Below, in pieces: positions 1 to 9,778 of a stretch of DNA of 64,000 nt; the first letter of the stretch is position 1, and each line of letters opens with the position of its first letter. The position numbers were made by a program, and so were the translations under genes. The notes beneath the pieces were generated by a model that saw nothing but the letters and a program-made list of their open reading frames with translations, was not told the DNA's origin and did not search any database. Origin of the DNA: Lachnospiraceae bacterium (GTDB taxonomy: Bacteria; Bacillota; Clostridia; Lachnospirales; Lachnospiraceae); contig JAIDFQ010000004.1 of the NCBI GenBank assembly GCA_029054245.1, positions 127,662 through 191,661 of the forward strand, read 5' to 3'.

Positions 1-1132
1 GTGACAAATCGCCGGGCACTGCATCTTTCAAGGTCGGCATAATATTATTGCGGCAAAGGCGTTCTTCCGTCGTCCTTCTGCCTCTTCTGAAATCCCCAAA
101 GGTCTGCACCAGTATCTTGCCTCCGCAGAGCATATTAGATAGCTGTGCAATGTGTTTGCCATACTCGATGGGTGTCTTAAAGGGTTTGGTAAAATTCTTG
201 CTGACTAAAATGGCAAAATTGGTGTTGTTGGTCTTATACTCCTTTGATTTGTATGCATGGCCATTGACTACCGCCAGACCGCCTTCGTAATATTCTGTCG
301 CCACCTCTCCGGAAGGATTGGTACAGAAGGTCCTTACCTTATCATCAAAAGTCGGAGTATGATAAATCAATTTCGCTTCATAGAGATTTTCATTGAGGAA
401 CTGCATGACTTCGTCACGCACTTCCACCCTGACGCCGATGTCCACCGTTCCCGGCGTGGTCTCAATACCGATTTCCTGACATTTATCCTTAAACCAGTCT
501 GCTCCCTCACGTCCTACCGCAGATACGATTTCCCTGGCGTAAAAGATTTCCCCTTTATCTGTCCTTACGCCTACTGCCTGATTGTTCTCAACCAGAATTT
601 CTTCCACCATAGTATTGAATCTGAAAGTCACTTTCGCTTGTTCCAGATGATGCTGCAGCTTTTCGTAAATCTTGTACCCTTCTTCCGTTCCCAAATGGCG
701 GATAGGACATTCCACCAGCTTCAAATTTGCATTGATTGCTTTTTTGCGGATTTCTCTAATTTCTGTCTGTTTATCTACGCCATAAACATTGGTATCCGCG
801 CCGAATTTCAGATAGATGCCATCAGATTCCTTAATCAATTCCTCTGTCTTGTCATATCCCAAGATTCCGGGCAGATTGCCGCCCACATCCGGTGAAAGAG
901 ACAATTTTCCATCCGAAAATGCCCCTGCGCCAGCAAATCCTGTGGTGATGGAGCAGGGGCTGCAGCCCACACACTGTTTCGTGGTACGTTTAGGACATTG
1001 CCTCTTCTCAATGGAACGCCCTTTCTCCACCATCAGAACCTTTAAATCCTCTTTTTTATCAAGCAATTCATAAGCACAGAAAATGCCGCCTGGACCTGCG
1101 CCAATGATGATCACATCAAATTGATTTTCCAT
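1..1132 (-). CDS. NAD(P)/FAD-dependent oxidoreductase (uncharacterised FAD-dependent dehydrogenase family), runs off the left edge
   Basis: Not in the ORF track because there is no stop in the window. Manual translation from ATG 1132 (GGAGG RBS) gives MENQFDVIIIGAGPGGIFCAYEL..., with a GxGxxG Rossmann motif, a Cys cluster (CPKRTTKQCVGCSPC) and GAGAFSDGKL. Confidence 0.85.
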   Translation of the reverse strand, partial: MENQFDVIIIGAGPGGIFCAYELLDKKEDLKVLMVEKGRSIEKRQCPKRTTKQCVGCSPCSITTGFAGAGAFSDGKLSLSPDVGGNLPGILGYDKTEELIKESDGIYLKFGADTNVYGVDKQTEIREIRKKAINANLKLVECPIRHLGTEEGYKIYEKLQHHLEQAKVTFRFNTMVEEILVENNQAVGVRTDKGEIFYAREIVSAVGREGADWFKDKCQEIGIETTPGTVDIGVRVEVRDEVMQFLNENLYEAKLIYHTPTFDDKVRTFCTNPSGEVATEYYEGGLAVVNGHAYKSKEYKTNNTNFAILVSKNFTKPFKTPIEYGKHIAQLSNMLCGGKILVQTFGDFRRGRRTTEERLCRNNIMPTLKDAVPGDLS

Positions 1133-1179
1133 GTAAATCCTCCTCCAAAAACAGACTGTTTCCACATCCATTGCATCTA

Positions 1180-3801
1180 TTACGATAACATAATAAGCGC
1201 CTTACTTCCAGCATTTGTTTTCTCGATTTGAATCTGGTTTCCGATCTTTTCCGCCAATTCCGGCACATGTGAGATGATGCCGATCAGGCGGTCCCGCTCC
1301 ACCAGCGTCTGTAGGGTAAGACAAGCCTGATCGAGGGATTCCCCGTCAAGACTTCCAAAGCCTTCATCGATAAACAGCGCTTCCACCTTAAGCCCTCCGC
1401 TTTCCGACTGCACTACATCACTCATGCCCAGCGCCAAGGACAAAGAAGCTTTAAAGGCTTCCCCGCCTGAAAGGGTCTTGACTGAACGGTATTTGCCCGT
1501 ATAATAATCTAGAACCTCAATTTCAAGGTTGTCCTTGCTCCTTCCGTCGCTGATCTGTTCCACTCTTTTCAACTCATATCTTCCACTGCTTAAAAGACGC
1601 AGTCTGATGTTCGCGGCAGTCAATATATCTTCAAAATATGCAGCAAGCACATACTGTTCAAAAACCAGCCTCTTTTTATTATTCCCATTTGCGGCGTCAT
1701 CCAAATCCTTAATTAAACTATAACGTTCCATCAGTGACACCAGAAGCTTATTTTTCTCTTCAAGGGAAGAAAGTCCCTTTTTCACACTTTTGTGACGATT
1801 GTCCAAAGTCAGCTGCTCGTCGAAGAGGGCTTTTCTTTCTTTTTCTGCCTGACAAAGCTGATCCTTTAATTCCTGCATATCTTTAAGCTCCGCCTTGCCA
1901 GTCTCTTCTGTAAGGTGGCTGCGCATTTCAGCGTTTAAGTGGCAGTCCTTCCGATATGCTTCAATTTCTTCCCGGAGGGTACGGATCTCTTCTTCCTCCC
2001 TGCGGACCTCAAGATATGCCTCTCTAGATAAAAATCCTGCCTCATTTAACCCTTTGCGAAATTCTGCTTCCTGCTTTTCCAGTTTCTCGCCTGCAAGCAT
2101 CTCTTCCTTCTTCCGCTTATCCAGTATTTTCTTCTTCTCCTTAAGGACAGCGCTCCGCTGCTGATATTGCTTTAGCTGCTCCCTAAAGGCTTCCTGACTA
2201 TGATCCTCAAGATAAGCTGCTATGACAGGCTTTCTGTTTTTCCTGCACGCTTCAAGCTGCCTGCACTGTTCCATCCACTCTTCTACCTGTCGCTTAAGCT
2301 CCTCACGCTCCGCCGCGCAGGCTGAAGTCTTCCCGTGGACCTTAACCCTTTCATTCTGCTTTACCTCATAGATGTTTTTCAGTTCTTTTACTCTATCCTC
2401 CGTAGGAAGACTGCCGCTTTTAACTGCCAAATCAGGATGATGCACCGCCCCGCACACCGGACAGGGAATCCCTTCCTCCAGACTTTCCGCTAAGATACCC
2501 GCCATCCCATGGCGGTAAGCTAGATCCGTCTGCTCATATAATCGTTTCGCTTCTTCCTCTTCCTTCTCCGCAGCCAGATAGATTTTCTGCAGCCTGCACA
2601 GCTCCTCCTCCTTGGCTCTTCTTTTTTGACCCTCCTTCGCAAGCTGGCGTTCTGCCTCCTGCCGCTTTTTTTCTTCCTCATAGCTGACGGCAATCTCCTC
2701 CTGCATTGCAAAAAAGGCTTCTTCCGCTTTATTTTTCTGCTCTAATAGCTGTATTTCTCCTAAAGAGTCCTGTATTTCCTTTTTTAAGGACGCCGCCTGT
2801 TCCTCTAGGGCAGTCAATTTTATTTCCACTGTTCTTAAAGAAGCTGCACGCTCCTGCTGTTTTAACAGACTTTCTTTTTTGTTTATTTCATATGCGCGCT
2901 CATCAAGTTCCTGGGCCCGTGCTTTTTCTTTCTCCAGCTTGTCAAAAAGGCTCTGTACCCTTTCGTTTTCCGCTATCTGACCTGCAAGCGTCTGTACCTT
3001 CTCATCCTGCCTGGTATATGCTGCCCGGAGTTCTTTGCCCGTTTTCCGGAGCTGTTTTTCCTCTTCCCTAAGAAGCGCTATGGTGCCCTCATAATAGTGA
3101 CCCCCAGCATCTTCTCTGACTCCTTCCTCCATAGAAAGCATATCGATATCTTCATCCATTTTGTGCCTGCATTCCATGATCTGCTTATAGATGCCGCCCG
3201 CTTTTCCCTTCAGGGATGCTGCTATTTTCTCGTACAGATCCGTCCCAAATATTTCACGGAAGATCTTCGTCTTTTCAGAGGGCGGCGCCGATAAGAGCCT
3301 TGCGAACTCCCCCTGGGCAATCATGGATAACTGCTTGAACTGGCGGTAATCCAGCCGCAAAAGCTCCTGGACCTTGCGGGTCACTTCTCCGCTTCCCTCA
3401 ATGGATTTTCCATCCGGTCCCGTAAAAACTGCACGCTCTTTCTCTTTTGTCAAAAGATCCTGTTCTTTGGTATCTTTTCCCTGTGCCCTGCGTTTTTTGG
3501 GTCGCATATATTCCGGATTTCTGTAGATTTGATAGGTTTCGCCAGCATGTGTCATGACAAGCTCCACATACGTAGGCGTTTCTGACCTGGCAAAGTCACT
3601 GCGGACGCTGTTCTTCTCCCGCATTCCCCCGCTCATGTTTCCATAAAGGGCATAGGTAATGGCATCAAAAATAGTGGTCTTTCCTGCCCCTGTAGGTCCC
3701 GTGACCAGAAAAAGTCCTCTTTCATTAAACCCTGTAAAATCAATTTCCTGCTTTTCTTTGTAAGGTCCCCACCCACATAAGGTCAATCTGACCGGCTTCA
3801 T
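1180..3801 (-). CDS. sbcC: SMC-family ATPase, SbcC/Rad50 exonuclease subunit
   Basis: Walker A GPTGAGKT, long coiled coil, CPVCG zinc hook, LSGGE signature, FIDEGFG Walker B; adjacent to sbcD. Confidence 0.92.
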   Translation of the reverse strand: MKPVRLTLCGWGPYKEKQEIDFTGFNERGLFLVTGPTGAGKTTIFDAITYALYGNMSGGMREKNSVRSDFARSETPTYVELVMTHAGETYQIYRNPEYMRPKKRRAQGKDTKEQDLLTKEKERAVFTGPDGKSIEGSGEVTRKVQELLRLDYRQFKQLSMIAQGEFARLLSAPPSEKTKIFREIFGTDLYEKIAASLKGKAGGIYKQIMECRHKMDEDIDMLSMEEGVREDAGGHYYEGTIALLREEEKQLRKTGKELRAAYTRQDEKVQTLAGQIAENERVQSLFDKLEKEKARAQELDERAYEINKKESLLKQQERAASLRTVEIKLTALEEQAASLKKEIQDSLGEIQLLEQKNKAEEAFFAMQEEIAVSYEEEKKRQEAERQLAKEGQKRRAKEEELCRLQKIYLAAEKEEEEAKRLYEQTDLAYRHGMAGILAESLEEGIPCPVCGAVHHPDLAVKSGSLPTEDRVKELKNIYEVKQNERVKVHGKTSACAAEREELKRQVEEWMEQCRQLEACRKNRKPVIAAYLEDHSQEAFREQLKQYQQRSAVLKEKKKILDKRKKEEMLAGEKLEKQEAEFRKGLNEAGFLSREAYLEVRREEEEIRTLREEIEAYRKDCHLNAEMRSHLTEETGKAELKDMQELKDQLCQAEKERKALFDEQLTLDNRHKSVKKGLSSLEEKNKLLVSLMERYSLIKDLDDAANGNNKKRLVFEQYVLAAYFEDILTAANIRLRLLSSGRYELKRVEQISDGRSKDNLEIEVLDYYTGKYRSVKTLSGGEAFKASLSLALGMSDVVQSESGGLKVEALFIDEGFGSLDGESLDQACLTLQTLVERDRLIGIISHVPELAEKIGNQIQIEKTNAGSKALIMLS

Positions 3802-3804
3802 TGT

Positions 3805-4968
3805 TTACTCTTTTCCTTCCAATTCTTTTACGATATCCATCACGGCACGTTTACTCTTATCTGGCAGTTCCATCTGCCGCACTTCCTGATAAAACGCTTC
3901 AAACAAAGACAGTACATCCCGTTGCCCTGCAAGCATCCTGTTCATATTCCTTGATGTGACATCCTTGTCAGAAGTAAGTTCTGCCTCTTTCCTGACGATC
4001 TGCATCACATTGGGGTACACACTTCTGATGGTCCCGATGGGATCAATCAGCTCACCCGCATCGGTCAAGATCGCCTGTATGTAATCCTGATATTGACCAC
4101 TTTTCTCAATGGAATCTGACATTGCCCCTTCCAGTATTTCCTTTAAGCTTCCTTCTATCTTCCGCATTTCCCGCATAGGACGAAAAGGAAGCGGTTTTAC
4201 CTCCTCAAGCCCTTTTGCGCCAAACCGGACCAGCAGCGCTTCCTTGGTTTGACTGGTTTCTCCAAAAGAATACTTAAGCGGCGAACCTGCATACCAGACT
4301 GGTTTCTTTCCAATCTGCTGAGGCTTATGGATATGTCCCAGCGCCACATAATCAAACCCCTGAAAGAAAGAAGCATCCACATTATCCAGACCGCCTACGC
4401 AAATGGTGGTCTCACTGTCCGAAAGCTCTGGCTCCTTTCCTCCATCAGTCACAAAGTAATGGGTTACAAGCACTCTGTTTTTAGCCCTTTTCTCATCTTC
4501 CTCCTGCCAGTAGTCTTCCAACATGCGCTCCACCGCCTCCCCGCTGGTACGCACTCCAAGCTGCGCCGGTTTCATAAACGGAAAAAGCACAAATTCCGTC
4601 TCGCATGTCTCTTCTTCAAAGACCACTTTAGTCAATTTATCCTTCTGTACCCCGGAAATATGCACTCCCTGCCTGCCAAGCAGATTTTCTCCAAAGCTGA
4701 TTCTCTCCGGCGAATCATGATTCCCGCTAATCATAACCACTCGGATGCCCATACCGGTCAACTTATTTAAAAAGGAATCCAGCAGTGTCACTGCCTCACC
4801 CGGCGGAATCGCCCGGTCATAAATATCCCCGGCAATGACCACAGCATCTGCATGGTTTGCCTTCGCCATACCGCAGATCTGCTCCAATATGAACTTCTGA
4901 TCTTCCAGCATAGAAAAGTCATTTACCACCTTTCCCAGATGCAGATCAGCCACGTGTAAAAAAATCAT
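3805..4968 (-). CDS. sbcD: Exonuclease SbcCD subunit D (Mre11-like metallophosphoesterase)
   Basis: DLHLG, GDIYD, GNHDS and ALGHIH metallophosphoesterase motifs; YAGSPLKYSF. Confidence 0.93.
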   Translation of the reverse strand: MIFLHVADLHLGKVVNDFSMLEDQKFILEQICGMAKANHADAVVIAGDIYDRAIPPGEAVTLLDSFLNKLTGMGIRVVMISGNHDSPERISFGENLLGRQGVHISGVQKDKLTKVVFEEETCETEFVLFPFMKPAQLGVRTSGEAVERMLEDYWQEEDEKRAKNRVLVTHYFVTDGGKEPELSDSETTICVGGLDNVDASFFQGFDYVALGHIHKPQQIGKKPVWYAGSPLKYSFGETSQTKEALLVRFGAKGLEEVKPLPFRPMREMRKIEGSLKEILEGAMSDSIEKSGQYQDYIQAILTDAGELIDPIGTIRSVYPNVMQIVRKEAELTSDKDVTSRNMNRMLAGQRDVLSLFEAFYQEVRQMELPDKSKRAVMDIVKELEGKE

Positions 4969-5696
4969 ATTGGTTCTCCCATCTTATTGAACCACTTGTC
5001 CCCATCGGTCAACAAGTAATCTTCTCCGCCAAGCACCGCCTGACAAAAATCTTCTATAGAACTAAGTTTTCTCTTAAATGCCATTCCCCCGCCAAGAATA
5101 CTGGTAGTATGCACATCTGACCCTGCTGTCATGGGAAGCTTATTTTCCCTGGCATAACCAATTGCTCTCTCATTATAAACAAAATGATCATAGTATGAAT
5201 GGATGGCATTCAAACCCTCAACACCGTCAACCGCCTCAGGAAAAAGACGGATTTCCGGAATATAGTATTCCTCCCTGAAGGGGTGGGCATGGATGACCAT
5301 TCCGCCAGCATCATGAATCAGCCGGTACTGTCCCTCCACAGATGCATCCTTAATCTGGGGATGGGAAATCAGCCAATTTTTATCTACACCATAAACCAGA
5401 AATTCTGTTCCGTTATAGCCAGCTTCATATCCGAAGAAAACCTGCAATCCATTTTCGCTTCCCCACTGCCTCGCATTTTCATATCCTTGACAATACTGCT
5501 CTATCCACGCTTCCCATGGAAGACGAGCGTCAATGCAATTGTTTCCATACCAGTTGTGGTTGGTGATAATGACGCCTGTATAGCCAGCCTCCTTGGCGGC
5601 TTTTGCCATCTCTGCGCCTGTGCTGCGTGCACAGGCGCTGCTTTCGCTGGTGTGCATGTGGGTTTCATATAAATAAGGGTAATCTTCTCTGTGCAT
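4965..5696 (-). CDS. PHP-domain metal-dependent phosphoesterase
   Basis: ETHMHT, TNHN, IHAHPFR and GSDVH PHP motifs; ATGA overlap with the sbcD start. Confidence 0.85.
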   Translation of the reverse strand: MHREDYPYLYETHMHTSESSACARSTGAEMAKAAKEAGYTGVIITNHNWYGNNCIDARLPWEAWIEQYCQGYENARQWGSENGLQVFFGYEAGYNGTEFLVYGVDKNWLISHPQIKDASVEGQYRLIHDAGGMVIHAHPFREEYYIPEIRLFPEAVDGVEGLNAIHSYYDHFVYNERAIGYARENKLPMTAGSDVHTTSILGGGMAFKRKLSSIEDFCQAVLGGEDYLLTDGDKWFNKMGEPI

Positions 5697-5845
5697 GCTA
5701 TATCCTCCCGTTAAATGTCTTTTACTGCCGTCAATGATACTATTATACTACAGAAAAAGAGGATTTTGTACCATGTAATTGTTTTCTTATTATGCAAGAT
5801 GGGGTATAATGAACCTTGAATGATGAAAGGAAGGATATTCAAGAT

Positions 5846-6499
5846 ATGGTGCAGACAATTGTTTTTGATATGGATGGTACACTTATTGACTCGGAGGCAA
5901 TGATATTGGAAGCTTGGAAAGAAATCGCCACGCAGAATGGAATTGCGGATATTGAACAGACTCTGATTAAGTGTATCGGGATTACGTCGAAAGAAACAAG
6001 GGCAGTTTTCTGTCAGACGTATGGGGATGATTTTCCCTATGAAATGTATAGCCAAATGGCTTCTGCGCTTTATCGCGCAGAAATAGAAAAAAATGGGCTT
6101 CCTGTAAAACCCGGTGTCTATGAATTGTTCGATTATCTCAAAGAGAACCATTATAGGATCGGGCTTGCTTCTTCTACCCGCGAGGAGGTCGTACGGCGTG
6201 AAATGGAGAGCATCGGTCTTCTTGATGCTTTTGAGGTAATTGTCGGCGGGGATATGGTCACCCACAGTAAACCCCATCCCGAAATTTATTTGAAATCCTG
6301 TGAACTACTGGGTATGGCTCCCTGCGACTGTTATGCGGTGGAAGATTCCCCAAATGGAATACGTTCTGCTTATCATGCGGGAATGAAAGTTCTGATGGTG
6401 CCAGATCTGCTGCCGCCGGATGAGGAGATTCGCCGGCTCCTCTTTAAGGAATGCAAGAATTTACTGGAAGTAAGGCAATTTTTAATGGAAAAGGGGTAG
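5846..6499 (+). CDS. HAD-family phosphatase (beta-phosphoglucomutase-like)
   Basis: FDMDGTLID motif I, KPHP and EDS..G motifs; start placed at ATG 5846 behind GAAAGGAAGG. Confidence 0.88.
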   Translation: MVQTIVFDMDGTLIDSEAMILEAWKEIATQNGIADIEQTLIKCIGITSKETRAVFCQTYGDDFPYEMYSQMASALYRAEIEKNGLPVKPGVYELFDYLKENHYRIGLASSTREEVVRREMESIGLLDAFEVIVGGDMVTHSKPHPEIYLKSCELLGMAPCDCYAVEDSPNGIRSAYHAGMKVLMVPDLLPPDEEIRRLLFKECKNLLEVRQFLMEKG

Positions 6500-6515
6500 A
6501 GACCTGTCAAACTGC

Positions 6516-8015
6516 TTACAGGCTCTTACCCTGCTTTAATTGTTTTTTCTGCTTTTTGTCGGCATACATCATCTGATCCGCAATATCCCGGAATTTTTCA
6601 TTTTCAATCCCACAATATCCGATTGCATAGCTGATAGGAACCGTACTGGATTTATTATAGTCTCTGCATAGTCCTTCCAGCTTTCCCATAAAGTACTGGG
6701 CATCCTTACCATACAAAACGGCAAACTCATCTCCGCCTTGTCGATATGCTCTTCCATCCGTTCCAACCGCATCGGCAAGCAGGCAGGCAAATCCCTGCAG
6801 CAACTTGTCGCCGGCTGAATGACCCATAGTATCATTTACGATTTTCAGATTGTTTATATCTGCAATGAAATAGCATATATTTCTTTCTTCCTGACATTTA
6901 TCCAAATCCCGCTCTAAGGCATTCCGATTATGAATATTCGTCAAGTAATCGATATAAGCAAGACGGCTTCCCACCTCTGCGCTAAAAGCAACAATATTTC
7001 GCATACAGCTGTATTTCGTAGCAGTCGCATCGCCTGTCAAAATTTTAGTTTCTATGCTTATGTTCTCTTTGCCATATTTATCTTCCAAACTACGCCGCAC
7101 TTTCTCTAAGACCATCCCTGCTTTCTCTTTTGTATTACTGATAAACACAACGCCATTCTCGCAGACCCGGTACCCATACAGACGATATTGTTTTATCTCC
7201 TTACGAACATCATTCAAAATCAGTACATCCTGTTTCCAATCCAGACTATTTTCTATTTTGCAGAAGCACAGAACCGCTATGATAAGCTTCTGTTTATCAA
7301 AATCATATTCCTCCAACACCTTTTCAAAAGAATATTGATTAAATAATGTTGTCCTTTCATCCACATATTTTTCCGTATTTTCATTACTCAAAATCAATCC
7401 AAGAAGAATCAGCGTAGTGCAGACCACCACTACTAATGTTTCAGGAATCATCATCTGAAGCACTGCTGTAATGATATAAAGCGGAACTGCAATCACAATT
7501 GCCACTCTTTTCTCTCCATCCAAAATCTTCCAATAGCGAAGGCAGTAATATAACTGCAGGATTAGATAGATTACCAGACTCCCATACAAAGCATATGCCT
7601 TAGGTCCTAAAGAATAGTCTGTTGTTTTCCCATGTACATACGTAATCGGCAACACAAAAATTCCCACAGTCGATATGAAAAATGGCAGACTATGAAAGAT
7701 TCTTATCGCCTTCGTAAATTTCAGGGACGTTTCCAGATAGCTCCTCATATATAAAAACAACAGATAAATAAATCCCAATATAGACATTAAATAAATAACA
7801 TGCATCCCCAGATTCACAAATTCAGGGACTATATCTCTGTGATTTACTGTACAGATCGTGATGAAATCAAATAGAGCGTTCATCAGCGCCGTTGCTATGA
7901 GCCACTGAAATATTTTGGTTGACTTAATCGGAATATGTGGCTTCCGATAATAAAAGCCAATCATGTACATCTCAAACAAAAGACATGTAATTGACGTCTT
8001 AACCAACACCAACAT
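6516..8015 (-). CDS. Membrane-bound diguanylate cyclase (multi-TM sensor, degenerate GGDEF-like domain, intact GGDEF domain)
   Basis: About 7 hydrophobic segments; DYLTNIHNR, DINNLKIVNDTMGHSAGD and YRQGGDEF. Confidence 0.85.
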   Translation of the reverse strand: MLVLVKTSITCLLFEMYMIGFYYRKPHIPIKSTKIFQWLIATALMNALFDFITICTVNHRDIVPEFVNLGMHVIYLMSILGFIYLLFLYMRSYLETSLKFTKAIRIFHSLPFFISTVGIFVLPITYVHGKTTDYSLGPKAYALYGSLVIYLILQLYYCLRYWKILDGEKRVAIVIAVPLYIITAVLQMMIPETLVVVVCTTLILLGLILSNENTEKYVDERTTLFNQYSFEKVLEEYDFDKQKLIIAVLCFCKIENSLDWKQDVLILNDVRKEIKQYRLYGYRVCENGVVFISNTKEKAGMVLEKVRRSLEDKYGKENISIETKILTGDATATKYSCMRNIVAFSAEVGSRLAYIDYLTNIHNRNALERDLDKCQEERNICYFIADINNLKIVNDTMGHSAGDKLLQGFACLLADAVGTDGRAYRQGGDEFAVLYGKDAQYFMGKLEGLCRDYNKSSTVPISYAIGYCGIENEKFRDIADQMMYADKKQKKQLKQGKSL

Positions 8016-8298
8016 ACTGACTATTCCTTTCTAAAAGCAGTAAACATTTTATATCCTTACTATATCATAGATTAAGGACAAGGAATAGTATACAAAAATC
8101 TTTCAGCTTCCTAATGCGGTACCAGCTGTAAATGAACCAGAGAGCCATAACAAGAACCCCAGCAGATTCTTTGCCGACTTCCATATCCATTTGTTCCGGT
8201 AATTTAATTCTATCCTGCTCTGTAGGGGAAACAGCTCCCTCGCGTATACCCTGGGGCAGTCTCAGCGGGCTGAAAACAGACTCTATTAGCTTCCTTCC

Positions 8299-9363
8299 CT
8301 ATGGTTTGCAGCCACCGCAGGTATCCGTGAACCCGGCATGCGCTGCTTCTTCCTTGGATTCAAATATCACCTGATTCCACTCTTTCGGAAGAAAACTACA
8401 GGTGCTGCGGTGCAGCTTCCTGTTATTTTTGTTGCCCACATAATAAACGCCCTGCCATACCACTTCTTCATTCGCCTCCCACACAAGATCCTTTCCGTCT
8501 GATATAGCGATGATGCTCCCCTGTTCATCTGTCCTGTAAATCACTGCCCCCGCCGCCTCTAAGACCGCTAGTGTCTCTTTATGGGGATGACCGTAATTAT
8601 TTTCTTTTCCGCAACTGATTACGGCATATTCAGGCGACACCGCCTCAACAAACTTTGCACTGGACGCATCGCTGCTTCCGTGATGCCCTGCTTTCAACAC
8701 ATCAGCATCCAGGGAAATCCCATTTTCCAGCATGTCTATTTCTGCCAAAAGCTCCGCATCCCCTGTAAAAAGAAAAGTGTTTTCTCCATGTACCAGCTTG
8801 ATCCCGACAGAATAGTTGTTGATTTCCTCCCCATAATCATCTCTGTTCGGCGCGATAATCGTAAAGGAAGCCTCCCCCAACGGGTACATTTCCCCCACCC
8901 GCGGAACGGTGCTTTGATAGCCCTTGTATGTCATGGCGTCACATACATCTTTATAAGTCGCCGTGTCCACAGAAATATTCGGGAGCATCACATTGTCACA
9001 GTCATACTTTAGGAGGACAACGTCCATCCCTCCAATATGATCCGCTTCCGGATGACTCCCGATTACATAATCCAAATGATCAATACCCTGCTTCATCAGA
9101 TAAAACTGCAAAAAAACACCTGTGTCATTTTCCCCTGTATCAAACAACATGGCATGACCATCGCAGATAATCAAGGCAGCATCTCCCTGCCCCACATCCA
9201 TAAAATGCACCTCCATCCTGCCTGATGCGCCCTGCTCTTCTTCTTGTACCTGATCTGCCAGCGTTTTTCCTGCGGCAGGGTTCATCTTATAGGTGCAGGA
9301 AGAACATAGCAACATAACTGGCAGTATGCACATCGCCACCAAGCGGCCTGCCTGTCTTTTCAT
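8299..9363 (-). CDS. ComEC/Rec2-like MBL-fold metallo-hydrolase (probable lipoprotein nuclease) with C-terminal Ada-like metal-binding domain
   Basis: DVGQGDA, SHPEADHIGG, FTGDAE, GHHGS and YGHPH motifs; C-terminal LHRSTC...CGGCKP; start moved to ATG 9363 (AGGAG RBS). Confidence 0.85.
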   Translation of the reverse strand: MKRQAGRLVAMCILPVMLLCSSCTYKMNPAAGKTLADQVQEEEQGASGRMEVHFMDVGQGDAALIICDGHAMLFDTGENDTGVFLQFYLMKQGIDHLDYVIGSHPEADHIGGMDVVLLKYDCDNVMLPNISVDTATYKDVCDAMTYKGYQSTVPRVGEMYPLGEASFTIIAPNRDDYGEEINNYSVGIKLVHGENTFLFTGDAELLAEIDMLENGISLDADVLKAGHHGSSDASSAKFVEAVSPEYAVISCGKENNYGHPHKETLAVLEAAGAVIYRTDEQGSIIAISDGKDLVWEANEEVVWQGVYYVGNKNNRKLHRSTCSFLPKEWNQVIFESKEEAAHAGFTDTCGGCKP

Positions 9364-9367
9364 ACGG

Positions 9368-9766
9368 TCAATCTCCTGTCGTTCCATGCATTGCTGCATG
9401 CTCCTTCTTTAGTTCATCCAGCAAGGCATATGCATTCCACTCCTGATTCGTCTGTGTCAAAATGGCTTTATACGGAATTTTTCCACATGCCGGATTTGCT
9501 CTAAGCAGTGACAAAACACTATCCAGTCTTTCTTCACTCAATCCGGCAAACACAATCATCTGTCCGTCCAATTCCTGCATACCAGAAGTCACTGGGCAGA
9601 AAGACTCTTCCTTTACCGCTAACAGCCTAAGCGGCACACTATACGCCTGCTTTGCCACACATCTGCCTTTCATCTGCAGCATATGAAGCACCGTCTGCAC
9701 CGCCTTAAGCTGCTTCTGATCCTCAAATCCAAATAACAGCACGATTTCCCCGTTATTCCTGCTCAT
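9368..9766 (-). CDS. Conserved hypothetical protein (DUF3783-like)
   Basis: C-terminal KAILTQTNQEW...ELKKEH pattern resembles DUF3783 proteins as I recall them. Confidence 0.65.
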   Translation of the reverse strand: MSRNNGEIVLLFGFEDQKQLKAVQTVLHMLQMKGRCVAKQAYSVPLRLLAVKEESFCPVTSGMQELDGQMIVFAGLSEERLDSVLSLLRANPACGKIPYKAILTQTNQEWNAYALLDELKKEHAAMHGTTGD

Positions 9767-9778
9767 AAATCTGCTTCC

